Assembly (NCBI RefSeq): GCF_001194135.2 | Contig: NC_068981.1 | Coordinates: 79,967,500 to 80,031,499 of the forward strand | DNA length: 64,000 bases | Origin: Octopus bimaculoides | Lineage: Eukaryota | Reading direction: 5' to 3' | Shown: positions 1 to 11,210 of the stretch, piece after piece | Layout: each line of letters begins with the position of its first letter | Position numbering within the stretch: position 1 is the first letter of the stretch | Translations under genes and position numbers: made by a program | Notes under the pieces: model-generated | Seen by the model: only the letters and a program-made list of their open reading frames with translations | The model's database searches: none | Told to the model about the DNA's origin: nothing

Positions 1-757
1 CACATCTAAATAGAACTAATGATGGAAATTCTTTTAATTTCTGAAAAACACCTTTGTTGACTCCTATCATTACTCTAGCATTGTCGGTTCCTATAGTCAG
101 TAAATTTTTTATATCTAATTTCTTTTTCACTAATTCAATTTTTAAGGCATCTACAATGCCATCTGCATCATGTTTCTAAAGACACCACACTGAGATATGC
201 ATGTACCACTTTTTTGTGATTGTCACTATGATATATAACAATTTCTAACAACTTGTTTATCAATATATCATTGAATTCATCTAATAACAGGATAAATTTT
301 CTATCTCATCATCATCATCATATCCATCAAAATATGGAGCTAGAACATTTCTCACAATATTTGCACATTTTGTATGATGCAACTTCGCTTTGGTTATAAT
401 ATCACTATCAGACATATAATTCTTACATAACTCTATTAAGTGATCACAGCTATTAAATGAGGAGTGACAACAAATAAACATTGCTAAATTTGCTTCAAGC
501 ATAGATGTCTTATCATTTTTTGGTTTTGATAAAATTGGTAAGAGGAATCATTTGCTGTGGTGTTGATGCCTTATGTTTCTTTACTTCACAGTGGCTTACT
601 AAAAGAGAATATTTTGCCAACATATTACATCTACAATATCTGCAACATGCTTTAGATTGGTCACTAGGTACTTCACATAACCACTTAGTAGACGCTGGCA
701 TCTTAAGCCATTCCTTTTGGAATTTTGCTGGTACAACCTTGTTTTTTCTTTGCTCAT
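1..757 (-). mobile_element. Decayed hAT-superfamily transposase (N-terminal ~250 codons; continues off the left edge)
   Basis: Joining minus-strand frames gives MSKEKTRLYQQ/KFQKEWLKMP..KWL..V..D.SKACCRYC..H....KH (BED-like zinc finger), EANLAMFICCHSSFNSCDHL..LHHTKCANIVRNVLAPYF, LLLDEFND (first Asp), GTDNARVMIGVNKGVFQKLK (second Asp) and LVLFRCV (start of CxxH) at the window edge. It carries several frameshifts and stops. Confidence 0.85.
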
Positions 758-1061
758 TATAATGTAGTGGGAAGCTAGAAAATAAATGATTAATAAAAAT
801 ATTAAATTGAAAATACAACTTACCAGTTTGCTGCTAACAATTCTTTCATTCGTCATTAACAATTCTTATGTTTGCTGCTTAAAAATTCTTGAGGTGAACA
901 ATACTGATTCAGGATGCAGAGTGGCCAACTTAAAAATGGAAAAGTAAAATCTGCAGAAATCCTAAAACTGTGTTCTGATATAAACCTGGGAACATCATAT
1001 TTCGCTCATTATTTACATTATTTACAATTGACGGATATTTGTCCTCATCTTGTTTGTTGTT

Positions 1062-1107
1062 AACACAACGTTTCGGCTGATATACCCTCCAGCCTTCATC
1101 AGGTGTC
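1062..1107 (-). ncRNA. Minimal type I hammerhead ribozyme of the Penelope-like-element class
   Basis: The minus strand reads GACAC-CUGAUGA-A-GGCUG-GAGGGUAUAU-CAGCC-GAA-ACGU-U-GUGUU. Stem I is GACAC/GUGUU, the core CUGAUGA and GAAA boxes are intact, stem II is GGCUG/CAGCC, stem III is the palindrome ACGU, and the cleavage triplet is GUU. Confidence 0.75.
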
Positions 1108-1160
1108 TTGGGGAAATTTCGAAACTGGGTTCTCATTCCTAAGATATTTTTTGATGTTGC

Positions 1161-1161
<1 letters not shown>

Positions 1162-1218
<57 letters not shown>
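1162..1218. repeat. (ATT)n microsatellite
   Basis: Pure ATT run; it explains the poly-Ile ORF 1108-1290. Confidence 0.95.
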
Positions 1219-1220
<2 letters not shown>

Positions 1221-1222
<2 letters not shown>

Positions 1223-1284
1223 CTACTAACCCCAAGATTCCGAGTTCAATTCCAGGCAGTGACCTGAATAATAATAATAATAAT
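1221..1284 (+). mobile_element. tRNA-Arg-like SINE head fragment followed by (AAT)n
   Basis: ggctactaaccccAAGATTCCgaGTTCAATTCCaggcagtgacc resembles the 3' half of tRNA-Arg(ACG) (..AAGATTCCAGGTTCGACTCCTGGC..) and contains a B box. The A box is absent. Confidence 0.6.
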
Positions 1285-1559
1285 AGCTAGACACATTTAT
1301 TTAATGCTCATAAAGGAAAAATTAAACATACGTAGATCAAATTTTTAATAAACAATGTCTTTTTGTTTCATTTAATCTAATAAATCAAAACACAAATTCT
1401 GAGAGTAAATGCACATTAGCATGTAAGAATTAAGCTAGGTGATAACAAAATATAAATCCAAAATCTCTGTTTGTTGTGGTCATTCATTCTGATCATCTTA
1501 TTACTGCGAGAACTTCCTCCTTTTTGACAATTTCTTGTGCACAGCTTCTGAAATGTCTC

Positions 1560-2330
1560 ACATCAAGCTCCAGCAGTAATTGGCCATCATATTTGAGTCC
1601 CATTGGCCTTGGTAGTGTTCTTACATTACTTTTACATCTTGATGAAAGAGTTCACCTTGTTCTTTGTTAATGTCACCCAGATGCTCTGGAAACTCACCCA
1701 CGTGATTCTGTAAGTAGTGCTATTTAATGCTCATTCTACATTCAAGTGCCTGGAAACTCAAGAGCAATTCCTGTACAATCTCTTGATAGTTGTCAGCTTT
1801 CCTGTTCCCAAGGAAATTGCACACCACATCAGAGAAGGCATTCCAAACTCTAGCTTTAGCTGCACTCATTGTTGTAACAAAATGTGGATCCCTGAGGAGT
1901 TTTCTTATCTGAGGTTCATCAAATATTTCTGCCGTCTTCTCATCATCATTAACATTTGGAAATAGTACATATATATCTGAAGTAATTCATCAAGGCTCTT
2001 GATCACAGTGAAGTTCATATGAACACCAAATTTTATGTGCAGTGGGGGGAAGACAATGCCTTTCCTATCAGCCAGATGGTCATTAATGATGTTTTTGCCA
2101 CCTGGCATCAAACTGTTTCTTGAGGAGTGGGTGGTATTCTTTTTTCACCCAGTGATCCTTTGTAGTCCTACTGTCCCAGTTGCACAGGAAAAAAGGGTAC
2201 TTAATATAACCTCTTTACTGGCCCAGTAGAAGGTTTGCCATTTTCAAATCAACACAAATTACCCATCCATGAACATGATTTGTAACCTCTCCAGAACAAT
2301 GTTGGTGTTGGCATACTCCTCTTTCATTTT
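1560..2330 (-). mobile_element. Decayed DNA transposase, probably CMC/Chapaev3-like
   Basis: Minus-strand frames read PGGKNIINDHLADRKGIVFPPLHIKFG, IFDEPQIRKLLRDPHF, VWNAFSDVVCNFLGNRKADNYQEIV, MSIK*HYLQNHVGEFPEHLGDINKEQGELFHQDVK and YQGQWDSNMMANYCWSL. These match the widespread PPLHIKLG-type transposases. The superfamily name is from memory and less certain than the transposase call. Confidence 0.6.
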
Positions 2331-2654
2331 TATACTGTATCCTATTCTCGCAAATAGTGGTGTAAAATTAACTCTTGGTATGTTCAAGATAAATAAAAGC
2401 ATATACTGATGAAGAAGAACAACAACAACAATGTGATGCGATGGAGCAAATCTAAGGTCAGTTTTGGAATCAACACCAAAACACATACTGAGATGCATAT
2501 ATCTCATGTGGTAATGCTTCAGCAAATAGAAAAACACCCCATCAGTTAAGAGAGTAAAGATATTGTTATAATACAAAAACAGCAAATATTGTTAAATACA
2601 GCTACCCAGGGTTTCCTGGTAATAATAATAATAAGAAGAAGAAGAAGAAGAAGA

Positions 2655-2870
2655 ATCCTTTCAACCACAAGCACAAGGCTTGATACCTTGTGGGAGAAGG
2701 ATCATCAATTCCATTGACTCCAGTACGTAACTGGTACTTATTTCATCGACCCAGAAAGGATGAAAGGCAGAGTCGACCTCGGTGGAATTTGAACTCAAAA
2801 CATAGTGTCAGAAAAAATACCACTAAGCATTTTGTCCATGGTGAGAATGATTCTACCAGCTTAAAACTTT
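2655..2870 (-). mobile_element. Short tRNA-derived SINE (family A)
   Basis: Reverse complement of the 10700-10911 copy (gagttcaaattccaccgaggtcgactctgcctttcatcctttc..ggtcgatgaaataagtaccag). Confidence 0.75.
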
Positions 2871-3905
2871 ATTGTTTCAATAAAGAAATTTTAGGGGAAA
2901 TATATTATTCAATTACATTGACCTTTATATTTCACTGGTACTTTATTTTATCAATCCAGCCTCGAAAGAATAGAAAGCAAAGTTGATCTTGATGAAAGTG
3001 GAACCCAGAAGGTAAAGAGCTGGAGAAATATCACAAGGTATCTTTTCAGTACAAACAATTCTGCCAAGGCACAAGGACAAGAGTTTTTTTTTTATTGTTT
3101 TTTTTTAGAAGAGGGTTAGTTGCTATTGTTGACCACAGAATCATCATTGTCATCATGTTTACACAGGTAAAGAAAAATCATTGAGGCAGATTTTTCTATG
3201 GCTGGATGCTCTTTCTGTTGCCAATCTTCATCTGTTTCCAAGTAAGGTAATATTTCTGTGACCAGACATGATTTCACAGACTGGCCACAAAAGTCACTGC
3301 TTGCTTGACAATGACACTTGTTTATAACTATTATGTGATGTCAAGCAAAGAGACAGTAACACACAGGCTCACATGCACATGTATACACACACACACACAC
3401 ATATAGAAAAATTCTTATTAATCCAAACAAGTAGTTGTACAGAGAAAAATAAGTTGAAAAGGCACAGAGAAAATATTAGCATTTTCATACAAAGATCCTC
3501 CCCCCACCTTCCCAACTGTGGTTTTAGAAAAATGGGGGAAATCTCTGAAAAAAGTTTCCCCACAAATTTCTTTATAATCATAATCTATGCTATTTGAAAG
3601 GGATTTGTATGAACTTTCATCAAAAGATACTCATTTTCCTGAAAGTTATGAGGGAAAAATGTCAGATCATGTGAATTTTCTGAAACTCCTCTCTCCACCC
3701 CCTTGGAAAAATTCTTTCTCATAAATTCCTATATACTCTGAAGCCACAACATCTAAGCAGTATTTGTAGAAAATTTTGTTAAAAAGTATCCATTTTTCTG
3801 GATGTTATGAGGCAACAAAGTCAGGGGTGTATACATTTGTAGCAATGCCTTTTATTTATACGATTTTTTTCATTTCATGCTTATTTCATTCATTGTTTGC
3901 AATGT

Positions 3906-3939
<34 letters not shown>

Positions 3940-4486
3940 ACTCTCTGACACACACACACACACACACTGCAGAGCTTACAGATGGGCTGCTGAATTGAAA
4001 TCTCTGTTGCTTTGAGGGGAAGGTAAAACTTGACAAACTGCTTTACCCTCTGTTGTTGGACTACTGTGATATTTGTTTAAAAAAGAGAGATTATGACTTT
4101 GATAAAATAATGAAAACAAATATTTACTAAGCAAGTGAGCATTATAATACAAAGAAATAATTAGATGTAAAATATCATAAAAATTATTAGAATTGGGAAT
4201 CAAGTGTGGAAATATTATCAAGTGGTTAGCAGAAAAATGCCTGGAGGGCAGTCTTTCAGCTAGTAGTAATAACAATAGAATGATAGCTGACATGAAATTC
4301 AGTTTGCTTAGTTAAACATTCATGAACCAAAGGTTATTTTATATCTTAATTTCATAAAAAGGAAAAATCCAAATTCAATTATTCCTTGACCCACTCCTTG
4401 CATATCTATCATGTTAGAATGCTTGGCGTATGTTTCGGTGAGGTGGGATGGTGGGGAACAAGTTTTTTATGTTCACCTTATTTCAT

Positions 4487-4587
<101 letters not shown>

Positions 4588-5844
4588 CTCTTTCTCTTCT
4601 CTCGTACATATTTATTCCTTATTGACAACTGGCTTGTTTATAAAAAGACACATGTCTGGGCTTTATAGCTTTCTGAAAACACTGACTCTTAACAGTGTAT
4701 AAAGTAACTACAAAACAATACACACACGCATATGTAGAACACTTTTCATTCTTTTACTGGATTCTTTTAACAACATTAAAGTATTATGTCATATCCTTTA
4801 ATGGTTATCTGTTTGTCACTGTCTGCTTATGTGAGCATGAATATTTAATGCGCATACATTATCTTTCATACTCATTTGGTATCTGATTATAAAAAAAAAA
4901 GCAAAAACACTGAGCATATTAAACAGACTGTATTTAAGACAAGATGAAGAAGTGAACAGGTTTGGAAAGATAGGATTTGAAATATCAAAAACTTAGTCAG
5001 TAATACACACAGACACACACACACACTCACACACATATATATATATAGTACATATATAAACAGAATTGATTTAGCTGCTTCTCTATAGATTGAAAAAAAT
5101 TGGATTCTCATTTAAGGCATCAACATCAATTTAACCAATCCCAGCGAAACCAATACTCAATCTATTTATACACATCAGTTACAGTAGGTACATAAAACCG
5201 AAGCTAATAATCTGCATACTGTAAGTGTTAACACTTTATTTTTTAAATATTAGGGGCTTGTCAACAGGGATATCAGCCTACACAGTATCTAGGTGTAATA
5301 TACAATATATGTAGGATAATGATAGTGGATATATGTAACTTTTATAGTACATACATAAACAGGGCTAATTTAGCCATATCCCTGGAAATTTTTAAAAATT
5401 AACAACCTTAATTGATTTTCGAATCTTATTAGATTCTTATCAGAGGTGTCTGTATCAATTTGACCGTGTGTGTGTAGGATAATGGATGTAGTAAGTAATT
5501 ATTTAAGTATTGGACATGTACCTAGTAGTTAGCCAGGGAAGCATGTTCACTGCCTATGGCTACTTGACATCATCTACAGTATTTTCACAATTGTTGCTGG
5601 ATCTACCTCAGGAATTCTTCAGTGTTTGTTGAGTCTATAACAAATGATAAAGACAGAAAATGAAATATACAAGAAACTTTATTGCTCACAACGATTGTTT
5701 TGACCCATCCTGTTGTGGTTCCTCATGAGTGGGAGACTGTACAACTGGTTGTGGCACATCCTTCAGTGCAGAAATATCTCATCAGGTGATCTTACAAGAA
5801 GTATCTCATTAATTAAGCCCTGTTTCATTTTGATTTTAATACAG

Positions 5845-5894
5845 TATGTTGTCATGGTGATGGTGATTTAGCTAATTTTCCTTCTTACTGATAG
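5845..5894 (+). other. Candidate 5'UTR exon of the TLR gene
   Basis: Acceptor ttttaatacAG at 5843-5844 and donor ag|GTATGT at 5895. The TLR coding exon has a strong acceptor (CT-rich tract plus cAG at 6459-6460), so an upstream non-coding exon is expected. Confidence 0.3.
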
Positions 5895-6473
5895 GTATGT
5901 ATCTACCCACACACATTATCCCATTGACTTGTAAAACACATAATTATGCATAAAGAAGCCATAAATATATTTAAAATTTACCTCAAATGATCTGGTAAAT
6001 TAAGATGTGAAATTTTGCATCTCAATTCTCCTATGTTAACCTGTATTCTCAAACCATAGGTCATATAATTATAATCACATTATTTTACAAACAAGATCAA
6101 GAGAGATCTATTTTCGTTTAAATTTAGAAAAGAGAAAAATTATATATTGTTGTATTCTGGGATAGTAGTTTTTTTTTTTTCTTTTCTTTTGCCAAATATA
6201 TAACCAGATGTATCTACAAACTTACTTTCTAATGTCTTAAAGCTTCAGAAGCCAGTTCTGATTGCCTCAACCTGCAGTTTATAATATCAATTTCTCTGGC
6301 TTTTTACATCATGTGTCTAAATGCCTTTTTGTATTTAAGAAGTAAGTGCTTCTAAAAACTGAATGTGCTTTTTATCTCTTTATACTTATGCAACTTCATT
6401 CTTCTTTGATGATTGTTTACTTACATTTATCTAATATCTCTTTCTTTCTTTCTTTTTCAGATATTAACTAAAT

Positions 6474-9400
6474 ATGATATATTTACACAATCCTTTTATA
6501 TTTTCTCTATTGTTTTTCACTGGCATATATTTAGTGCATTCTGGAAAATCATACCACTGCCCTCTTTCATGTAAATGCACTAATCAGCAAACGGTGCCTG
6601 GCACAGTGAGTGTTACTTGCTATTTTACTCAGTTAAAATCAGATGATTATCAAATCTTCTCTATGTTGGCTGCAGAAAATACAACGTACCTATATATAAA
6701 ATGTGATGAATATGGTTACACCAGTTCTTTGGATAATAGCCCATTCGAGCACTTAACTAATTTGAGAAAACTCGTCTTTGAAACTTGTTATTTTAATAAT
6801 CTAACAGAAAATATTTTTGCTGGCTTAGATAATCTTAGAAATCTCACCATTTATAAAAGTAAATATTTAAATGTAAATTCAAATGCTTTTTTCAATCTTC
6901 CCAATTTGGAAACTATAAGAATCAACAACTGTGACTCAGTTAATTTTCCAGTTAATTCCCTTTGTCATCAGAATAAACTGACAACTTTAAATTTAGCAGA
7001 AAATAATATTAAAAATATATCTGAAGTTTTTAATCTTTGTTTAAAAAATTCTATGTTATTTAATAATATAACTGTACTTGCATTGAATCATAACAAATTG
7101 TCTGTTATATCTGATAGCTTCAGTGATCTTTTAAAATCAGTACAGTATATTTTGTTACAAAACAATAGAATTGAAAGCGTTCAGAAGGATGCATTTTCTA
7201 ATCTTCAAAATTTAGAATATATCGATCTTTCAAATAACTCCTTGAGTAAGTTGCCTCAGACATCTTTTGACTTTTCTTACAAATTGTATTATTTTGATAT
7301 ATCAAATAATCCAATAAAGGAGATGCCTATTACACTACAGAATTTATCAAACATTCAACTATTTCGAGCTAAAAATACACTTTTGGGTGACAGAATATGG
7401 AATTTTCTGAATAGAAAACCACTTGTCTTAGTCAACTTTGAAAACTGTGGCTTAACATATATCCCTGAATTTGTAGCAAAATTTCAAACTCTTAAACATT
7501 TTATGCTGGATAAAAATAATATCACAACTATCCACCCAAATGCATTTGCAGCAAGTAAATCTTTAATTACTTTGACTCTTTCTGGAAACAAAATTACATC
7601 ATTGCCAAAATTTGCATTCAAAGGCCTTGATAGTCTAGAAATCCTCAACTTAAATGATAACCAAATATCAATATTTGATGAAAATGTTTTTTTGTCTCTT
7701 TCAAAACTTTCTTCTTTGGATTTATCAACAAATTCATTGAATCATATACCAAAGCTACCATCGTCAATAAAGCTCCTACAGTTAAAACAGAACAATATCA
7801 AAAAAATTTCTTCAGTGCTGAATACTACTAAAAACCTTGAATATTTGGTCCTTGCAGATAATGAAATAGAAATAATTGAAAATGATGCATTTTCACACTT
7901 ACAGTCTCTTCGAATACTTAATTTGAAAAATAATAAAATAACAAATATAAATAAACACCATTTTAAAAACTTACATAAATTATGGGGACTCAATATTGCT
8001 TTCAATAGTATCACAGAGTTAGGATATGACACAATTAGTCATTTACAATCACTTAGAGATTTTTATTGTCAAAACAATCACTTAACAACATTAGCAAAAG
8101 CAATGTTTCCTAAATATTTAAGACTCATAGATTTATCACATAACTACATAAAATTTCTGACTGATGATATAATTCATGACATGAATGACTTGACTGAATT
8201 GAATCTCAGATCAAATCGATTAAGTACTGTAAGAAGCTTTAATTTTATACGTTCTGGTAATGCAAAAGCAATTCAAATTTTATTATTAGGTAATAAATTT
8301 AAATGTGACTGCCATTTGACATGGTTGAAGGAGTCTATCACGTGGCAACAAAAGCATCCTTTTGTAACTAAATCTTTTGATATGATATTTTGTGGTGATA
8401 TTGAACCGTGGTTACCAATTGGAACATTGGATACTGTAAATAAAAATGACCTTTTATGTGACTACAATAAACTTAAAAACAGCCATATAAAATATTATTG
8501 TACTTTCAGTTGTAAATGTTGTTTAATATCTGAAAATTGCCTATGCCAAGATATTTGTCCAGTAGAGTGTCTATGTCTATTTTCACTAGACAAAAACTTC
8601 CATAAAGTTGATTGCAGAAAGACCAATTTGACTCAGTTGAAAGGATTACCATCTGCAGGTATCCATATTGATCTTAGTGGAAATAAACTGAACTATTTGT
8701 ACAATACTAACTTCACTGACCACAGTGCAGCTGAAGTTTTATATATGAATAATTCACAAATATTAATAGTTGCCAATAAAACATTCATTAAATTTACAAA
8801 TTTAAAAAAATTATATTTACAAAATAATCTCATTGAGGCTTTGCAGCAAAAGAGTTTTGAAGGCTTAAAAAATCTACTGGAACTTATACTTTATAATAAC
8901 AAAATTCAATATATCCCAGAGAACACTTTTTCTGAAACTCCCAAACTTAAATATTTGGATTTACGGAACAACAAATTGCAAACTATTACTAGTGAAATGT
9001 TTTCTTCTAAGGCTTTACAGAAGATCTATCTCAGTGATAATCCATGGTCTTGTGAATGTAATGATATTAGTGAATTTGAAAAGATATTTGCAAAAGATAC
9101 TGAATTACTGGTTAATGGTGAGCAGATTTTTTGTAGAAAATATGATGCATTGGTCAATATCTTTAATTATGGACAAGAATTCTGTCAAAATAATGTCACA
9201 TTTAATATTACAAAATTTGCCCCCTATCAAGATAAGGTTCTAATATCAAGTGTGTCTGCAGTATCTTCTGTAATAATTCTGATTTTCCTCATCACTTTTC
9301 TAGTATATGCTTATCGACAAGAAATTCAGTTATTATTATTTATTCATTTTGGATACCGTTTCATGTCAAAGAAACTAATTATTGATGAAGAAAATAAACT

Positions 9401-9842
9401 TTATGATGCATTTGTATCTTTTGATAATTCTCTGGATTTGTTTGTCTTAAATGAATTACTTCCGCAACTTGAACAGAATAATCCACCATTTAAGCTATGT
9501 GTACATTTTCGTGATTTTGAAGTTGGTTTACAAATAACAGAGAATATTATCAATAGCATTGAAAATAGCAAAAGAACTATACTGTTAATTACAGACAACT
9601 TTCTAAAAAGTGAATGGTGCAAGTATGAATTCCAAACAGCACATTATGATGGTCTTTCCCAAAAAATGAATACCTTAATAGTTGTTCTTTTTGAAAATAT
9701 CAATGAAGAATTACTAGATCCTGATCTCAAGCTTTACCTGAAAACTAAAACTTATTTAAAATATGATGATCCTTGGTTTTGGAATAAACTTCGTTTTGCT
9801 CTCCCAGCAAAGAAAGATTCTAAACAAGAGACCAAATGCTAG
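6474..9842 (+). CDS. Toll-like receptor, protostome multiple-cysteine-cluster (mcc) type, single coding exon, 1122 aa
   Basis: Signal peptide; LRRNT (CPLSCKC..VTC); ~20 LRRs (LxxLxLxxN); LRRCT (NKFKCDCHLTWL); second Cys cluster (CTFSCKCCLISENCLCQDICPVECLC..VDC); further LRRs; LRRCT (NPWSCEC); TM (VLISSVSAVSSVIILIFLITFLVYAY); TIR with box1 YDAFVSF, box2 LCVHFRDFEVG and box3 FWNKLRFALP. The ORF is uninterrupted and a splice acceptor lies 13 nt upstream of the ATG. Confidence 0.97.
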   Translation: MIYLHNPFIFSLLFFTGIYLVHSGKSYHCPLSCKCTNQQTVPGTVSVTCYFTQLKSDDYQIFSMLAAENTTYLYIKCDEYGYTSSLDNSPFEHLTNLRKLVFETCYFNNLTENIFAGLDNLRNLTIYKSKYLNVNSNAFFNLPNLETIRINNCDSVNFPVNSLCHQNKLTTLNLAENNIKNISEVFNLCLKNSMLFNNITVLALNHNKLSVISDSFSDLLKSVQYILLQNNRIESVQKDAFSNLQNLEYIDLSNNSLSKLPQTSFDFSYKLYYFDISNNPIKEMPITLQNLSNIQLFRAKNTLLGDRIWNFLNRKPLVLVNFENCGLTYIPEFVAKFQTLKHFMLDKNNITTIHPNAFAASKSLITLTLSGNKITSLPKFAFKGLDSLEILNLNDNQISIFDENVFLSLSKLSSLDLSTNSLNHIPKLPSSIKLLQLKQNNIKKISSVLNTTKNLEYLVLADNEIEIIENDAFSHLQSLRILNLKNNKITNINKHHFKNLHKLWGLNIAFNSITELGYDTISHLQSLRDFYCQNNHLTTLAKAMFPKYLRLIDLSHNYIKFLTDDIIHDMNDLTELNLRSNRLSTVRSFNFIRSGNAKAIQILLLGNKFKCDCHLTWLKESITWQQKHPFVTKSFDMIFCGDIEPWLPIGTLDTVNKNDLLCDYNKLKNSHIKYYCTFSCKCCLISENCLCQDICPVECLCLFSLDKNFHKVDCRKTNLTQLKGLPSAGIHIDLSGNKLNYLYNTNFTDHSAAEVLYMNNSQILIVANKTFIKFTNLKKLYLQNNLIEALQQKSFEGLKNLLELILYNNKIQYIPENTFSETPKLKYLDLRNNKLQTITSEMFSSKALQKIYLSDNPWSCECNDISEFEKIFAKDTELLVNGEQIFCRKYDALVNIFNYGQEFCQNNVTFNITKFAPYQDKVLISSVSAVSSVIILIFLITFLVYAYRQEIQLLLFIHFGYRFMSKKLIIDEENKLYDAFVSFDNSLDLFVLNELLPQLEQNNPPFKLCVHFRDFEVGLQITENIINSIENSKRTILLITDNFLKSEWCKYEFQTAHYDGLSQKMNTLIVVLFENINEELLDPDLKLYLKTKTYLKYDDPWFWNKLRFALPAKKDSKQETKC

Positions 9843-10589
9843 TAATTTGTTGCAAAGGACAACCAAACTAATACAAAACTATCTCAAAAAGAAAAGAAAA
9901 GAAAAATAATGTCAATATTACAAATATTTTTATGTAGAAATTCATAACCTACGTGTCAATACTAGAAAATAGTATTCAAAAGAACATCAAAACAAGTATG
10001 ATTAAAAAGAGGACAAAAAGACTAAAACACCACATAGGCAAAAGTCTAATCAACTTATTTAACTCAATAAAAAATGGAGGAAGAGAAGAAACACAGTACA
10101 AAGCTTGTGGTTTTAGGTTGTACTGACTTCAAATCCCAACCAATTCAAATTTGTTTTCTATTCATTTGGAGGCAAAAAGAAATGCACTAGAAATACACTG
10201 GGGTCAAATATGCTTCTCTACCAATACCATCATTTTGCTCATGCAACAAGTAAATTGTTTACAGGAATCAATGCAACATATATAAAGAAAACTTGTGTCA
10301 TGTGATAAAGATATCTTTGAGTATTGAGTTATTACTCATTTGTTGATCAGGAGCTAAAGACGGTGCCTCTACATGGTGACTCAACCTGCTGGAAATAGCA
10401 GCCAAATTTTTCCCATAATTTACCATCTAAGATTACATTAGATAATGTAGTCCCAGTTGTATAGACTGACTAAAAGATAGCACGGGCACAGCCGGATCAT
10501 CAGTCACCATAAATCTCAGTGATGATTTGGAGTTATGTATATGCATAATGTATTTTTGCACATCCACATACATACACTAAATATACAAT

Positions 10590-11210
10590 CCAGTGTAAGT
10601 GCTTCTGTGTGAACTACTTGGCTCCTTGGGCAAGTGTCCTTTGCTATAGTCCCAGGCTTACCAAAGCCTTGAGAATGTATTTGGTACACAGAAACTGAAG
10701 GCGGCGAGCTGGCAGAAACGTTAGCACACCAGGCGAAATGCTTACCAGTATTTCATCTGCTGTTACGTTCTGAGTTCAAATTCCACCGAAGTTGACTTTG
10801 CCTTTCATCCTTTCAGGGTCGATAAGTACCAGTTACGCACTGGGGTCGATATAATCAACTTAATCTGTTTATCCCCTCTGTGTGTAGCCCCTTGTGGGCA
10901 ATACAGAAATAAGAAACTGAAAAAAAGCCAGTTGTGTGTGTGTGTGTGTGCATGGAGGTATGGCTGTTGGTGTCTCCTTACCTTGATATTTTGTATTAAT
11001 TGTAAAGGAGCTTCACTATCATACAGATGATATCCTCTATTTCCAATTTTTTGTGAAAATACATCTGGCCACGACGAAATATTACCTTGGTCAGAAACAG
11101 GTGAGGGTTAGCAACAAGAACATCCAGCAGTAGAAATTCTGCCTCAACAAATTCCATGTGGTTCATAAAAGCATAGAAAAATGGACATTGAATTGATGAT
11201 GGTGAGGATG
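10590..11210 (+). mobile_element. SINE family B (CORE-like central block, (TG)n, tail), interrupted by a family A SINE
   Basis: ccttgggcaagtgtcc..ccaaagccttg..ttggtacacagaaactgaa matches the copies at 33800-33970, 37860-37980, 41740-41830 and 60860-60980. Confidence 0.6.
10700..10911 (+). mobile_element. Short tRNA-derived SINE (family A) with 10-bp TSD
   Basis: Begins ggcggcgagctggcagaaacgttag (A-box-like) and contains B box gagttcaaattcc. It is flanked by AGAAACTGAA at 10690-10699 and 10912-10921. Confidence 0.85.
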
